Shown here one piece after another: positions 23,495 to 35,600 of a stretch of DNA of 64,000 bases. The position numbers and the translations under genes are program-made. The stretch is from Podarcis liolepis (taxonomy: Eukaryota). Each line of letters starts with the position of its first letter. Position 1 is the first letter of the stretch. The stretch lies in NCBI GenBank assembly GCA_965112155.1, contig OZ218111.1; one strand, given 5' to 3'. Below the pieces are notes generated by a model. The model was not told the origin of the DNA. It saw nothing but the letters and a program-made list of their open reading frames with translations, and made no database searches.

Positions 23495-24571
23495 TCCCAC
23501 GATCCACATTGGCTTGCATCATTCACTTATTTTTCAGTAGCTGGGTAGGTGGAAGGAGGACAGTCTCCAGTTCCCAGCCCCTTTTTTGTGTGAGGGCCAT
23601 GTATTGTCATATTGTGGCCCAGAGGTGGCTGCTGGGTCCTGAGTGGGAAAAGAACACACAGGCCCCATTATGCTGCATTAGAGTAAGGCTTGCATTGTCA
23701 AACATTACTCCCCCCACCACCACCACCAAAGGTATTTTTAAAGCTGCTTTTTAGGTTTAAGGCTGACCTTTCAAAGAAATGAGGGCTGTAATGACCAACA
23801 TCAGATCAGTATATTCATGAGGATGCAGCCAGTGCTATATCCCCCACACAGAGGACATTTCCACCCACCCTGGCAGCAAAACACCTGCCATGTGTTATTC
23901 TGCTAACCATGAAGCCCCAAGCCAGTCCAGGCAATGTGATCCAGATCCATTTCATTCGGGGTTTAGGCCCAACTTTGGCACAAAAACTGCTTTAGTGGCC
24001 ATGTATGATGATTTGTGTCAGAAGAGGAAATGTGCCTCTTCTTTCTCCTGTCTGCGGCTTTCAATGCTATCAGCCATGGTATCCTCCTGGAGTGGCTGTC
24101 CAAGTTACTGGTGGTTGGCACCGCTTTCTCCATGATCATTTCCAGAGGGTGATGCTTGGGGAGTGCTCTTCGGCTCTGTGGAGCCTTCAGTGCGGGGTTC
24201 CTCAGGGTTCGATTTTATCCCCCATGCTACATGAAGCAGCTGAGGGGTTATCTGGAGTTTTGGAGTATGCTATCAGCAATATGTGGAGGACACACAGCTG
24301 TATTCCTTTACATCTGCAGGTGAGGCAGTGGGTGTGCTGCATTGTTGTCATGCCTTGGTAATGGCCTGGATGAGAGCCAACAAACTGAAGCTTAATCCCG
24401 ATAAGACTGAGGCACTGTTAGTGGGCAGTTCCCTGGACCAGATGGATGGGAGGTTGCCTGCTCTTGAGGGAGTTTAACTCCCTGTAAAGGAGCCGATGCA
24501 CAACTTGAGGGTGCTTCTAGATCCATTGCTGTCACTTGAGGCTCAAGTGGTCTCAGTTGCACAGAGTGCCT

Positions 24572-24715
24572 TAGAATTATAGAATTGTAGAGTTGGAATG
24601 GACCCTGAGGGTAATCTAGTCCAACCCCCTGCAATGCTGGAATATGTAGGTGTCCCATATGAGGATCAAACCCAGGACCTTGGCATTAGCAGCACCATGC
24701 TCTAACCATCAGCTT
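24572..24715 (-). mobile_element. tRNA-derived SINE with CR1-like tail, nested in the L2
   Basis: Reverse strand: GGTTAGAGCATGGTGCTGCTAATGCCAAGGTCCTGGGTTTGATCC (A/B boxes)...GGGTTGGACTAGAT...TTCCAACTCTACAATTCTATAATTCTA. Confidence 0.85.
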
Positions 24716-25130
24716 AGACTGGTGGCCCAGCTGCACCCCTGTCTGGACAGGAATAGCCTAAGTTCAGTTGATTATGCTCTGGTAACCTCTAGGTTAGATT
24801 ACTTCAATGTGTTATAGGCAGGGCTGCCTCTGAAGATGGTTCGAAAATGTCAGTGGGCACAGAATTCAGGAGTCAGGTTGTTCACCAGGACAATATGTTT
24901 TGAGCACATAACACTGATCCTTTCCCAACTACCAGTAAGCTTCCAGGCCCAATTCAAAGTGCTGGTTTTGACCTATAACGCCTTAAAAACTACTCAGGAC
25001 CTCAAGGATATGAATTTCTGATATGAACTGAGGCCCTTTGTGTGCCTCCTTTGTGAGAGGCCCAGAGGGTGGCAACATGAGAAGTGGCCTTTTCTGTAGA
25101 GGCTCCCCCTTTGTTTTGTGCCTTCGTTAC

Positions 25131-25394
25131 TGTTAAGTTGTGGGTGAACATATCAGACGACACAGCAATTCTTCAAACAGCTCTTGTTTATTCACAGGCC
25201 AGAACAGAACAGAACTGAAGGGTTCAGCCAGCCTGCTTATATAGAGCTCCACTACAACACAACAGTAACTACTTTCTGTAACTATCCAATCACTGAACGT
25301 CACTTTCAAACTCTTATTTGCATATGTGGACCTGAGTGAAAACTATCTACAGTATCCCCCTGCTGGCCCAGGGTGAAAACTTCAGTACATAACA
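25131..25394 (-). mobile_element. solo LTR (TG...CA) nested in the L2 tail
   Basis: TGTTAAGT...ACATAACA termini; near-perfect 5-bp TSD GTTAC/CTTAC; minus-strand TATA (25236-25244) and AATAAA (25187-25192). Confidence 0.8.
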
Positions 25395-25619
25395 CTTACA
25401 CAGATTACTAGGTGCCAGGCAAAAACATTCCTCTTCTCCCAGGCCTTTGGCTGATTGATCCAAGGTCTTTAAAAATCTGTTGGGGGGGTGTTATTGTATT
25501 TTGTTTACTGCTATGTTACGTCCTATTCTGCTATAAACTGCCCTGTAAGCCTAAAATGAAGGGCGGTACAGAAATTCAATTTAACTAAATAAATGTGGGC
25601 ATAGTGTTGGTATTGACAT

Positions 25620-26610
25620 GCCCCCCGAATCGCCCGCAAACTCAGGCACGGAGGCGGGAGAGTACAGCGCTTCCTGCGCGAACGGTCTCCTGGCAGACAT
25701 AGAGCTCCCGCTCCCCCCCCCCCCGCCCTCCATTGGCGCGGAAGAAGAGGAGACCAGGCGAGGCGGAGGTTGGATGGTAAAAGCGGCCGGCAGGCAAAGA
25801 GTTAATCAGCGCCTCCGCCCCTCTTCCCGCTGGCGCACCCAGCAAGCAGAAGAAGCCCGCAGAAGGGGCGGGGCCGCTCCGCCCTCACTTCCGGACGACA
25901 GGGGGCGGAGCCACATCGCCGCCGCACATGCGCTCTCGGAGAGCCTGCCGGGACAGCGGCCCGGAGGGGACGCCTTTCGAGAGCGGACCTTCCGGCGCGC
26001 AGCCAGGATGGCGGCGGAGGGCTCCTGCGAGCTGCCGGTGGTGCCGGCGGCAGGGCTTGGCCTGTCCGGGGCTCCCTCCGCCTCCTGCCGGCGCTGCAGC
26101 AGCAGCTCCAGTTCCTCGTCGTCGTCCTTCTCCTCGCCTTCGTCGTCGTCCTCGTCGTCGTGCGGGGGCTGCCTCGCTCCCCCGGCCCCTCCCGTCGCGG
26201 GCGGCGTGCCCGGGAAATGGGTCCGGCTGAACGTGGGCGGCACCTGCTTCCTCACCACCCGGCAGACGCTCTGCAGGGACCCCAAAAGCTTCCTTTTCCG
26301 CCTGTGCCAGGCCGACCCGGACCTCGACTCCGACAAGGTGAGGGGGTGCCGCCGCCGCCGCATTCTGCAGGTGCTCCGGGGACAGGCCGGGCGAGGACCC
26401 CATAGCTTGGCCGCCCCACCGCGGGCACTAGGCTGGAGGGCCGCCGCTTTGCTGCCCCGGTTCCTCCCGGAGTGCCGGGCTCTGCGTGAGAAAGCCGCTC
26501 AGGCCACCTGTGTCAGCGGCTCCGTCGTTACCGTGAAAGAGGCGCCCACCGTCAGGTTCCCGCTCTTTTCTGTTCGGTTACCCGGGAGGTTGGCCGCCTT
26601 TTCTCCCGCA
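25620..26610 (+). promoter_or_regulatory. CpG island / promoter of KCTD5
   Basis: CpG-dense; GC boxes (GGGGCGGGG), ETS CACTTCCGG (~25886), NRF1-like GCACATGCGC (~25925). Confidence 0.85.
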
Positions 26611-29600
26611 TCTAGGCAGGCAACTTTAAGTGTTGAGCATGTATAATTAGTATGCATTAAGCACAGTAGGACTTGCTTCCGAGGAAACACGCATAGGGTT
26701 ACACTGCGAGTTCACGAGGGATCCACACTTGTCTTGAGCTGAGGGTGTGGAGCAACGGGGTTGAAGGGATATCTCAGTGCCAGCTCAAAGCATCATGCTG
26801 CCTGACGTGGAGCACCAGCCGTAGCCCCCTTTCTATAAAAGGAACCCTTCCTATGCCTGTGCAAAGCCCACCTGGGCCTCAATGGGCATGCTGCTGGTCC
26901 CTAGGCATACTGCAAGTGAGAGACTCCAGTACTGAAGTGCTGGGCCCCACCAAAGTCCACAAGTCTTGAAAATATGAGAAGTTTTCAGTTTATCAGAACT
27001 CTCTAGCAAGCAAGATATTAACACAAAGCAAGGTTTTATGAGGGAAAATCAAACCCAAATATAGTTGCTGTGGCCATGTGGCCAGCTGGTTGGTCTCGGT
27101 TCCAGCTTGGAGATCCAGGCCAAACGGGTTCATCCTAGGGGCTACATGAACCAGGTGACCCACCTGGGATTATGTCCTCATGATTTGAGAAAATAAAGCC
27201 TGACTTGTAACCCTAACGTTTCTAACACCCTAGACAAAAGACAGATTTCTTAGGCAGAACAGATGTAACAAGACATGGTAGTATTATTTCACTTGTAAAT
27301 CTAGGAGGGCCATCAAAGGTTATCTGATCCAATTTACTGTTGATGTGGAAAATCAGCTTTGGGAAAGAGACTGTATTTCTTGAGAGTCACTCTAAAAGGC
27401 TTGTTCAAAACAGCTTTGTCTCCGGGCTTCTTTTAGTAGATTGAAGGTTCTCTTGTTTTACCCAGGGGGGGACCTATGATTCTCCAAATGCTGGTGGACT
27501 CTGACTTCCATCATCCATGGCTGGCAGCAGGAGCTAATGGGGGTTGGAGTCCAACGACATCTGCAGAGCACCAGATTAGCAACGGCTGCTCTAGACTCTG
27601 CATACCTGGGTTCTGGGCATCTCCAGGCCTTGACTTCTCTTCACCAGACAGGTTCCTCTTCTCTGGGGCAGGGATGCCAACTTGAATCAAATATTTGGGG
27701 AGGGGGGCAGGTAAGCTCCAGTCCATATAACTGATCACATGATGCAGTGTAATACACCATTTGAATGGCAATGCCCATCAACTTTAGCCCTCCCAAAATA
27801 TATTTTATTGGGGAGGCCGAAGAAGACCTTGGCCCCTAGAAGTTGGCTCCTTTTCTCTGGAGTAAAGTTGTTATTCTCTCCTCTGGTTGGACTCAGAGAT
27901 GAAGGCAACATGCAGAAAGTCTGCTCCCAACAGACTAACTCAGGAATAGCTAACTTGGTGTCCTCCTTATGTTGAACTGTGACATGCTTCAGCGCCAGCC
28001 AGCATGACAAATGGTCAGGGAAGGTGGGAGTTGTAGTTCAGCAACAACTGGAAGGCACCATGTTGGTTGCTCCTGGACTTGAATAAGGAAACTACAAAGG
28101 GGTAGTGAAACTTGGATTTTAAGCTTTAATGCAAATGTGACACCTCTTTTTGCATTGCATTTCCATATGATCTCACTGTTTGTATTTCTTTCTCTACACC
28201 TATGTAGCAATGGCATGCAATGTATCTGATGAGGTAGATGCTAGTCCATAAAAGCTTACAGTCTTCATAGTGTCCATGGCTGCTTAGTTAATTGTTAAGT
28301 GTGCCGTGGCAGTGGTCAGATTGCACTCCAGTCCTGAAAGATTCACTTGGCATATAGCTTAAGCTTGCTTTTAATGACTCAAGTGAGCTGCCTCTCCTTG
28401 CCCTTTAGTTCCTGATAACGCCCCTTGTGTATTGCCTCAGAGTGCAAGTCTGAACTTGCCTAGATCATGTTGTTTATCGATGCTGGTTCTTACTTAACTT
28501 TTTAAATATTCATTGAAAAAATAGAGTAGATACTTTCATAAACAGTGGGCATGCACTAAGAAAATCAGACTGTCAAAACAGCTGTCTCCCAGTATGTCTT
28601 GCCATATTTGCTCATGAAACAGTTGTAGGAGGGGGGGAGAGACCACCTTTCAGATTGCTCCTACTGGCATAAGTACTGCCAAGCAAAAAACAATTTCTCA
28701 TGTCAATATGATCCTAGTATGTCAGTTTCTCAGATAAGCTATTTCCACAGTCCCCCCCCCCCCCACTGTAGTCTTTTCCATTGATTGGCTAATTCTAGCC
28801 ACACTACCACAAGCATAATAGTAATCAGATCCTTATGGAGCAAATATTTATTAGGTCAGTTGAGTAAGCTCAGCAGTGCAAGATTACATTCTACTCAGAT
28901 TTGCTTTCTGATAAGAATAGAGCTGTGCTCTTGATTGTGCTCTTTAATCATGGGGTCAGCAAAATCCAGTGCTGCTGGACCTCACATTGTACACCTCTGT
29001 GCCAAACTCTGCTTTCTAACTTTAGAACTGTGGCAAGCCTGTAATGAAGTGGGGGAAAGAGCTGGATAGATTCTCATGGATCCATGGTTTTTACATGAAG
29101 GTGCCTCAAATCCACTATCAAACCATTGCTTATATCTTTGTCCATGGGCTGATCCATAAAATCACAGTTCATCATGGTGCCAAAAATTAGACCCATGGTA
29201 AAACTCATTCAGTTCCAAGAAAAGCCATTTCCAGGTTTCATGTTTTTCTAGTGGTGCAAAGACTCACCAGAATTGTGAGTTTTGCAGTGCAGATGTTGCA
29301 TACTTAGAGAGATAATTTGCATCCTCAAAACCCATCCATCCACAAGTAGGCTGTATATTTATTGTAAGATACCAATCAATGCAACAGGACCTGGATCCTT
29401 CAGTGTGGATCTTCACAGCATGGACTGAGAGCTCCAAAAAATTTATTAGCCTGAAGTTTGCAACAAGAATGCAAAAGACATTGTAGCATCGTGCTACGAA
29501 TATTGTATGTTATGTCCTGGAAGTACCAGAACAGACACCGAATTGGTAAGCCATGAATGTCCAGAGTGGGATTTGAGTTTACATTTAATCATTAAATGGA

Positions 29601-32600
29601 TCCATCAGGATCTGGCCATCAGAAATGGGCTGTGTACAGCAACAAGAAGCTGATTTTTGTAGTGAGTAACCAGAGGAGTGAACTATAATGATAAGACAAA
29701 GGTGGTAAAGGGTTCCATTTGTAAAAAAAAAAAAGATGTATGAAGATCAGTGCTTCTTCATTCCCAGTTTTTTTGCACCACAAGCATCACGTAGTATTAG
29801 TTTTACAATTTTATAATGTTCATTGTCTTTTGATAGTGAATTTGGGGCATTTTCATGTAAAAATGTTGTCTGATGTTTCTCTGTATTCCTATGGGCATTT
29901 ATTAAAAATACTTATATACCACTATTTCATAGGAAAAAAATCAAAGCAGTTTACAAAGCTCAAATGAATAGGCCACAAACACGACCTGAGCACAGCAGCA
30001 GCACTCTCCCTTTTGGGTTTCCCTCCAACTGAGCTTCAGAGACATAGCACCTCTGACAGTGAAGGCGGAGCATAGCCATTGTGGCTAGTAGCCATTGGTT
30101 GCCATATCTTCCATGAATTTCTCCGATCCTTTTTAAAAGCCGTTCAAGTTGGTGGTCATCACTACTTCTTGCAGGAGTAAATTCTGTAGTTTAACTATGT
30201 GCTGTGTGAAGAAGTCCTTCCTTTTTTCTTTTTAAAAAATCCTAGTGGAAATTCAGTTCTTGTGATTTCCTTTGTTTTAGTGTTGTTTTTGCATTTTCAC
30301 TTTCATTTATTATTATTGTCACAACATCCATATTTCTATATCAAGGAAAAATGAATGAAAAGTCCTTCGTTTTGTCTGTTCTAAATCTTCAAAAGTTCAA
30401 CCTGTTGTGTGGCCCTGAGTCTTGAGGGAGGGAGAGGTTTCTGTACACCATGCATAATTTTATACACTTCTGCCATGTCCCCCCCAACTCATTTTCCCCC
30501 TCTAAATATTATAAATTGCAAATATTGAAGCCAGTGTAATAAAAACAAATAATATCAGGGCAAATTTAATAATTGGAACCACCCCTATGGGAAAGCACAA
30601 TAACAAAATTGTCATTCAGGAAAATGCTGTGAGCCTTGATTGGATGGTGAATTTTTGTGTTCAGCTCATAAAAATAATGTGAATTCAAAGGGCTCTGGCA
30701 ACCTTCTACAAAATCATATTTCTGTACCGGTGTGTAACAAAATACCTTTTAAGCCCCTTGGATGTTTTATTAAACAGCCACTCTTCTTGACAGGAGGAGG
30801 AGATTTTTGCTGATTTCCTGTTCGGTTCCTTTTGCCTTCCAAAAATCTGCTCCAGATGGTTGAGGGACCCACCAAAACCTTTGGGTAGGGGAGATTGCTG
30901 GGGTCTGCAGGGAGAATTGGAGAAAGCCCTCTTCCTGCAATGGATACCTCAACTCAGTCAGAGCGCATTTTATGAACTGTAGGGACCATTCATTACATTT
31001 CTAAGCCTGGATCTAACCCAGAGATTTGAGGGCTTTATTGCTTTGGTTGCAATTTTAGGTTTATTATTTAGTATAAAGATCATAACTACTGGTTGAATAA
31101 AATGGATGGTTCTCATTTGGATAAACGTTATTAAGCTTTTCTTACCCCACATTAATATTGATTGTCATTTGAGCCAAATTATTAATTTTCACAATCCCTT
31201 GCGGTAATTGATTAGAGATTAGAAACTAGCTGAGTAGTAGCTCTGTTTCACAATTAAGACCTCCATACTGAAGCGCTGATTATTCATTAATGCGGTGCAC
31301 TGAATCCATGGTGGAAGCTTCTGGTTTAGGATGAGGGTATGTCAGGGTTGGAATGTCAGGATCTCTGTGGGGTCTCACACTAATTTAATCTGGTATTTTA
31401 ATTTAGTTGGCTGATCTGGGAATAGGATGGCTTAAGTGTGATAAGACAATTTCTATATAAACAAGTAACACACATATTTTAATTAGGATGAAACAGGTGC
31501 CTACTTAATAGACAGAGATCCAACCTACTTTGGACCGGTGTTGAATTATCTCCGACACGGGAAACTGGTTATCAATAAAGACCTCGCAGAGGAAGGTATG
31601 TTTTGCTGTTTAGGAAGACAGCTTTAATGTTTGATCACATCTGTGAAAAATCACTTTGGGTGTACAGTAATTGGTTTCACATATGCAAAGCATGGCAGCC
31701 TGTTTGGGCTGGGCTAGTTTGTAGCATTGCTCTGCAACTTGCAGTGGCCTTCAGATCTTGAGACCTGAATGATCCTTTAGATACCAGGTTCCAGCACCTG
31801 AAGTGCTGTGAGGTCACTGTTTTGGGGAGGTTGTTGGCTGGTGCGTGACCTTCCTGGAACACTCTCCTTACTCCTGGGCTTTCTCTTTCTGCTTTGGTCT
31901 TGGAGCAGAGGCCCTGCCTCATCCTGACCAGGGCAGTGCTTCAGAGGGACAGTCTGCTGCTTGGCCATGCAATGCCTCTCAGGGCCTGTTTGTGACACAG
32001 ACTTTCTCACAAGTAGCTGGAGTTTTATGAGGCCCTCTTTTGACTTTGTGTTCCCCTCCAATCAGGTGTGCTTGAAGAAGCTGAATTCTACAACATCACA
32101 TCCTTAATCAAACTTGTAAAGGACAAAATAAGGGAACGAGACAGCAAAATCTCACAGGTAGGACCTGCTAGTTTTTTAAAAAATTGATTTGTTTTTGAGG
32201 TAGCCTTGGCTTGACTTCATTTCAGAATGTGTGGCTGTGTTTGGTGCCCAAACTGAGGGAATTATGAGAAGTGGCTTCTGGTGGTATCAGATGCCCCTTT
32301 TCCTTCCGTGAGTGAAATGTTTGTGCTTGTGGCAATGCCAAAAGGGAGGAGGGCAGCAGAGAGATCTCAGCAGAGGCTGAGACAAGTGGCTTTTTTGCAC
32401 TCTGGAGCTCAGTGATAACGGAGAAGGGACTCGTTTGGAAGACATGATGGTTGAAACCAGTGGCCATTCTTGGCCTGCTTCATCTTTCAGCTGTCTCTCT
32501 GTGTTTTTCACCAAAGGTGCCAGTCAAGCACGTTTACAGGGTGCTGCAGTGCCAGGAAGAGGAGTTGACTCAGATGGTCTCCACCATGTCTGATGGCTGG

Positions 32601-35600
32601 AAATTTGAGCAGGTAAGAGAACGGGAAGCAAACACTTCAATCTTTCAAGGACCATACAAACAAACAAAAAAGCAGGCAAGAGGAGTGTGAGGGTTGGAAT
32701 AATTGTGGGTGTTGTGGGCTTGGGTCCTGGAATGGTCAGGAAACTCAGACAAATGTTTGTACTTTTACAGCAGTTTGCCTGGTTGCTCAAAGTGCGTCAC
32801 ATATTAACTCTAGTTGTTTCTTAAAGTAACTCTGTAGAGAAGGACAATATCATTATTTCCCTACTGGGAATAAGCCTTTGGGTGTGCCACTGAGCTTGTG
32901 CCTTAGGAGATGCTTGATTTGCAGCTTATACTCTCAGCCCGAGTTGCACCTTCTTGGCATTTCCATGGGAAATCACACAGCAGGCACGAAGCACTTCATT
33001 CCTCCAGCACTGTGCCATGTGGCCATTTCAAGGCAAAGATCCATTTGCTCCACTTTTTATGTAGAGAGCTCTTGGAAACATAGTCCTCTGGGATTAACTC
33101 TGGTGGTGATATGAACACCGTTACACACAAAAAACAGCTAAAAATTAGAAATTCTTGTAACTAGGCTCTAAACTGTAGCCATGTAGTTATGTTTGTCCAC
33201 CAAGATGCCATGTCAGTGCCAGTGCTTCAGATCCTGCCATCAGTATTGCAGTACTGATCAGATCACTGGTATTTGTTTGTACAAGCACCACAGCTCTCTG
33301 TGGTGGAAGATTCTCAGTTAATGGAGATTTGGAGAGCAGGAGGAATCAAGCAAAATCTTTTTGGCTCAGAACTGTCCCTCAACAGGCACTAGCTCTCCAA
33401 GAGCAAAGAAGAGTGTGGAATCCCCACAACTCTGTCTCTGGGCCTGTATTTTGTACATCCATTGTGGATGGCTCTAGGCCTGCAGTCTTCCTTCTGTGCA
33501 ACATTCTAGGAGTTTCACAGCTGTGTGTTTACACAGTCAGTGCTCTGTGTGGTCAGGATTGCTTACACTCCCTGTGAAACACTGACGCCTCCTATCTGCA
33601 CAATGCCACACTCTCCTGCCTGAGCATGAATTATAGGAAGGGACAGGGGCCACTCTTAATGTTAGATGCCCCTTGTGGGAACAGGAAGGAGAGAGCTCCA
33701 CCTTTATTTAATAGCCCAGAATGTTGACTGTCAGAGCTTTGGTTGTAATCCCTTATTAAGTTCTGTCTGAAGCACAAGAACAGCCCCCCTCAGTTGTCTC
33801 TCTTTCCCACCTCCAGCTAGTCAACATTGGATCTTCCTATAACTATGGGAATGAAGACCAGGCCGAATTCCTTTGTGTTGTTTCCAAGGAGCTGCACAAC
33901 ACCCCTTATGGCACGGCCAGTGAGCCCAGCGAAAAGGCAAAGGTGAGTCATCTTCAGGGTGGAGCAAGGCCCAGCTGCTGCCTTCCTCTGCCATCAAAGG
34001 TTGTTTGCCAGTCGCTACTAAGAAAGGAGCTTGCTTGGGTATCCTCTGCCCACCCTTTCTCAGGTGTCCAAGCACAAGACACACATGAGCACACTGAGCA
34101 GTTGTGGAAAAAGGAGGCTCCAACATCACACCTCTTATGCAGGAGCAACAGTAAACCAGCCTTGGGTGTGATAGAGCACTGAGGTGCCTTCATAAGCCAT
34201 TTTAGGCTTCTGTCCATTTCATTGCTGTTAAACTCAACTGTATGAAGATACCCTGCCCCATGCAAAAAGAATCTCTAATGGTTATGGATGTCTAATCATC
34301 AAACACCCAACTCCCAAAGAGCAGCTAAACCTTTTTCTGGAAAATGACAGGTTCTATTCTAGGTGTGCCTGCATGTGGGTGCAACCCAAAAAACACAAAC
34401 GCACCCACCAACACGGAAACCTTCATTTATTGCAACCAAAAAATAAAGGCATATAAATCACATTTCTGTGTCAAGGCTAATTTATGTATGCCAACACAGG
34501 CATGCCTTGTTGGCCTGAATATAAGTCACACTTTCCCCCCAAATTCCGACCGTGAAAAGTGTGGCTTATATTCGCGACCTTATGGTATGCAGCCAGGAGT
34601 GCGGGGCAAACAGCGGCAGGAATGCGGCAAAGTAGTGCTCGCCCTGCACGTAGTTCCCTGTCCTCTCCCCCAAGACCAGGAAGGGAGAGAATGAGGAAGG
34701 GGAAAGGCCGCTGGCAGTGCAGCGCAGCTCCCCCCTGCCCAGTATGCAACCAGAAGCAGCAAGGATGGGAGCAGCATATATTCAAGTATATTTTCTTCCC
34801 CCCCCCCTCCAATTTTAAAGGTGCATCTTATATTTGGGTGCAGCTTATATTCGGGCCAATACGGTATATAGACTTGCAGGTGCTTTTGATTATGATTCTA
34901 ACACACCCATAACTCTAAGCTGGAGAATTTAAGATGCCCTGTGTTGGGAGAAGGAAAGGTAGGGTATCCCATGACCGGGGTTCTCTTTCTCTCCAGTTTC
35001 CAACTTGAGGTACTCAAGGTTTCATGGCCTTAAATCCAGCAAAAGCTTTCCTTGTGAGTGCAGGGTGAAAGAGGCAAAGTGGAGCTCTGAGGAATTCCCC
35101 CCACCTACACAATTCAAAGACTCGCTACTGAAATACACTTTTAGTGAAACTTGATCAATAATGTCAATGATATTCTTACTTTCGAAAAAGTGGTGAGAGT
35201 CCGGTGTGTGGCTAATATCTCCTGTCCTGGGGCCGACGTGGAGCCCAATTCTGGCTGTCTTAGCCCCCCTGAGTTAAACAGCCCCTTGATCTACTCCTAG
35301 CTTTTCCATAAATCATAGCGAGAAATTTCCCTCTGGCCTGAGAAAGCACTCTGCCGACAGGACTATAATTAGAGGCCCTGCCCTTGGTTGCCAGTGTTAT
35401 TGTCTGGCTGCTCTGTTGCGGTTAAAATCAGCATGCCTGCGTTCATGTCATGTGGCATTCAGTAGAGACAAAAGGATCAGAATTCCCGGGGATGAGGGAG
35501 AGAAAGGCAAAGGGGCATATGTTCCAAGATGCATCAGGCCTATGCCAGGCTACAGTCGACTGAGATGAACCAAGGTTCTGGTTTCATACACCATCCTTGC

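Larger units (their letters stand above)
23935..25594 (+). mobile_element. 5'-truncated, frameshifted L2-clade LINE (RT relic plus 3' tail) with nested insertions
   Basis: Peptide relics DPFHSGFRPNFGTKTAL, CGVPQGSILSPML, EDTQLY (YADD position), WMRANKLKLNPDKTEALLV, QAQFKVLVLTYNAL; 3' tail GAAGGGCGGTA...AAATAAAT. Confidence 0.9.

Noticed and set aside
23890-25021. Functional reverse transcriptase gene
   Set aside because: Multiple frameshifts, mutated YADD, 5' truncation and nested insertions: a dead L2 copy.
25618-26646. 342-aa ORF as a single-exon gene
   Set aside because: It is KCTD5 exon 1 plus open promoter/UTR and intron read-through; homology starts at ATG 26008 and ends at the donor at 26338.
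29020-29700. Possible degraded transposase coding sequence
   Set aside because: No sustained frame, TIRs or motif that I could identify.
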